A stretch of 62,873 bases of DNA, the filler included, from Chiloscyllium plagiosum (taxonomy: Eukaryota): assembly GCF_004010195.1 (NCBI RefSeq). It is 4 parts of one record of this genome, joined end to end, with 100 filler letters (N's around TTAATTAATTAA, not from the genome) between each part and the next. Parts side by side here need not be neighbours in the genome. Positions count along the whole stretch, not along the records: positions 57,620 to 62,873 come from NC_057714.1; 3 more parts are not named here. One strand, 5' to 3'. The notes under the pieces are model-generated. The model was not told the origin of the DNA. It did no database searches and saw only the letters and a program-made list of their open reading frames with translations. Positions within the stretch are counted from its first letter, which is position 1. Every line of letters begins with the position of its first letter. Below, in pieces: positions 59,901 through 62,873 of this stretch. A program made the translations under genes and the position numbers.

Positions 59901-61330
59901 TATTGGTAGGAGTGACCACTGCACACTTCATATTGAGGACAGTCTTCATTGTGTTGTGTGGTTTATCACTGTACTAAATGGGATAGACTTTGAACAGATT
60001 TACCATCTCCAGACTAGGCAACCATTGGGCACTGTGGACCATCAGCAGCAGTAGAATTGCATTCCAATATAATCTGCAACCTCATGGCTTAGCATGTTCC
60101 CCACTCTACCATTATTATCAAGGTAGTGAAGTGTAAAGAAAGGCCAGGAACAACAGTAGCAAACCTAAAAATGAAATATTAACCTGTTCCAACCATTAAT
60201 CCTGGCTACTTATGTGCCAAACAGCAGAAGCAGCAAGTGAAGGACAGGAATAAGCAATTCCATGGCAAACAGTTCAGAATTCAGCTCTGCAGTCCTGTCA
60301 AATCTCGTTGTTCATGGTGGTGGACATTTAAACAGTTCACTGGAGGAGGAGGCTCCACAAATCTCTCCACCTTTATTGATAGGAGAGTCCAGCGCATCAG
60401 TGCAGAAAATGAGGCTGGACCGTTCACGAGTTTTCAGCCAGAAGTGTTGAGTGGTTGATTCACTTTACATGATATCATGAAATGTCTGGAAGGACGATAA
60501 AGGACAAAAGCTGTGGAACCTGACTAAATTCCAGCAATAGCAATATAGACATTCTCCAGGACTTGCTCTCCTGCAGTCGAGCTTTTACAGTACAGCAGAA
60601 AACTGGCATCTGTTCAGCAATGTGGAAAATTACCCAGTTATATCCTGTCCACAAAGCAGTAGTATCCAACCCGAACAATTACCACATCAGCAGCCTAGTC
60701 TTGATCATTAATAAAATGATTGAAGGAGTTGTTAACACTACAGTCAGACAGCACTTGTTTAGCAACAACCTGTTCATTAACACCCAGTTTGGGTACCCCC
60801 AGGGTTACTCCGCTCCTGACTTCATTGTTGCCTTGGTTCAAATGTGGGCACATTGGTAAAGTGAGGTGAGAATGACTGCTCTTGACATCAAACCTGCATT
60901 TGACCGTCTAATCATCACCCTTTGACATTCATTAGCATTACCAGTGCTGAATCCCACACTATCAACATCCTGAAAATTGACCAGAAACTGACTTATACTA
61001 GCATATAAATACAGGTGGCTAGGAGTCCTGCAGAGACCACCAGTCCATCATCTATAAGTCACAGGTCAGTTGTGTAATAGAATATTCTCCACTTGCCTAG
61101 ATGAATACATCTCCAATAATGCTTGGAAAACTTGAAACCATCCTGGAAAAAACAGTAGTTGTAGATGCTATCTGAGGTGCATAGCAAAAATTCACCAAGG
61201 CTTCTGAGTATCTTCCAAATTTATGACCACAGCATCTAAAAGGACAAGGACAGCAGATACATTCAAGTTCCCCTCAAAGCCACTCACCATCCTGACTTGG
61301 AAATGTTTTGTTGTTCCTATTCTGTAATTT
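59900..61330 (+). mobile_element. Decayed LINE (second CR1/L2-group family)
   Basis: WKITQLYPVHK...NPNNYHISSLVLIINKMIE...QFGY; LDIKPAFD. Confidence 0.75.
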
Positions 61331-61809
61331 GGATGTGAAGTGCTGATTTATTTGCAGTTTTGTTATAGCTACATAATGATTATGGCTTAATGACCTGTGG
61401 TGTTGAGTCTGACAACTGAAAGATTAGATTGGAGAAAGAGAATGTCCTGTGGCTGTGATTTTAATGATACCAGTCCAGTCTTGGAGTAGCAGCTGTGCTC
61501 CTGTTTTAATCCAGTGCTTATGTTTTTAATTGCATCATTTACTTTTACTGCTAGTGCAAATCTTAACATTCTCATGATCCAGTTTTAAATTAAAATAGTT
61601 ATTGTGCCTCGGTGGAACCTATGCTACTGATTCACTAGCACAAAAAGCAATTACTGCATGCTCCACTGTCTTTGTGAAAGCTGTTTTTAAAGTTTTTTAT
61701 AGTTTTCTTTGTCACTTTTGTATACTGCTGTTAGGTTGTACAGTTTCTAACCCACAATATAGCCGTCATGATTTATTGATGAGTTGACAAGCAAGGACCA
61801 GACATCCAA

Positions 61810-62610
61810 GTAGGCTGATGACACAAATGTTGGTGATTATACTACATGTGGGCATAAAATTGCATGAGATATCAGTGGCTTTGAATGAATGAAACCGATA
61901 GTTCCTACACTCGTATATGTGAGGTAATTTATTTTGGACCTGAAATATGAATACTATTTAAATTGTTAAAAAATAGGATCAGTCAAGGACCAAAGAGATT
62001 GGAGGTCTACATATACAGGTCACTAACATTAACTGGTACAATTGTTTTTTTTAATTCCAGTGGAATTCTGGCCTTCATAACTAAAGGTCCAGAGTGTAAA
62101 TTGGGGTATACTTGCTAAAGCTCTGTAAAGCCTTGTTAAAGTACGTCTGGAGTTTCTGTTCAGCTTTGGATGCACCATCATGGACAGGATCTATTTTTTT
62201 TGGAAGGAGAGCAACACAGATTCACAAGATTGTGACTGGCTTGAAGTTAGATTATGAGGAGAGGTTATATAAACTCAGCATGTATTGTTTCAGAGATTGA
62301 GGAGTGATTTGATTGGAATTTTGACTGATTTATAGGAGCAGGTAAAGGAAAACTTACCCTGCCAATTTACTTGGAGGGGATGGCAATATGATGTAAGAAG
62401 TGGCACCAAGTCACTGATGTTAAAAGTTAGGAAACCCTTTTTCCCATGCACTGTGGGAGAAACATGGAACTTGGTCACAAAAGGCAAAGCAGATGATCAC
62501 TCAATTTAGAATTTTAGATATGAGTGTGAGAGAATTTTGATTGACAGGGATATAAAAGGAGGTGGATAAAGAATAGTGGAGCAGACTTGATGGCCGGATT
62601 GTCTCTTCCT
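61810..62610 (+). mobile_element. Very old CR1 fragment
   Basis: GCTGATGACACAAA (ADDT); LDYEERL. Confidence 0.6.
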
Positions 62611-62662
62611 GTTCCTATTTATTATATTTCTTATGTATGTTGAGCTATGATTTCATTAAGGA

Positions 62663-62873
62663 GGAGAAAGTGAGGACTGCAGATGCTGGAGATCAGAGCT
62701 GAAAATGTGTTGCTGGAAAAGCGCAGCAGGTCAGGCAGCATCCAAGGAACAGGAGAATCGACATTTCGGGCATAAGCCCTTCTTCAGGAATGAGGAAAGT
62801 GTGTCCAGCAGGCTAAGATAAAAGGTAGGGAGGAGGGACTTGGGGGAGGGGCGTTGGAAATGCGATAGGTGGA
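62663..62873 (-). mobile_element. Penelope-like (family B) terminal repeat, runs off the window
   Basis: Near-identical to 12414-12589; minus strand CUGAAGA-A-GGGCUUAUGCCC-GAAAUGUC. Confidence 0.88.

Overview
Vertebrate, repeat-saturated genomic DNA, almost certainly from an elasmobranch (shark). This is inferred from HE1-type V-SINEs, HER1/CR1 LINEs and SacSINE1-like DeuSINEs. No host protein-coding gene is recognisable, and nearly all listed ORFs are retroelement remnants or their antisense shadows. The window contains three 100-nt gaps with an artificial TTAATTAATTAA spacer and one 404-N gap. The centrepiece is a complete-ended 6.18-kb class I (HERV-I-like) endogenous retrovirus at 31334-37512 with two LTRs, a 5-bp TSD (CAAAC), a tRNA-Pro PBS, a PPT and a gag readthrough structure. 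It is internally gutted: protease is fused in frame to integrase with RT/RNase H absent, gag lacks the MHR/capsid C-terminal domain, and env TM lacks CX6CC. A degenerate copy of the missing capsid C-terminal segment sits in the 5' leader upstream of the gag ATG. The second theme is Penelope-like elements (three families) carrying minimal hammerhead-ribozyme motifs, several as short fold-back inserts flanked by 11-16 bp target duplications. Also present: a decayed near-full-length L1, many CR1 copies (one near full length with an esterase ORF1), Tx1, Rex1/Babar, RTE and Gypsy remnants, and two Tc1/mariner-type MITEs. All family assignments come from motif recognition by eye; no database search was run.
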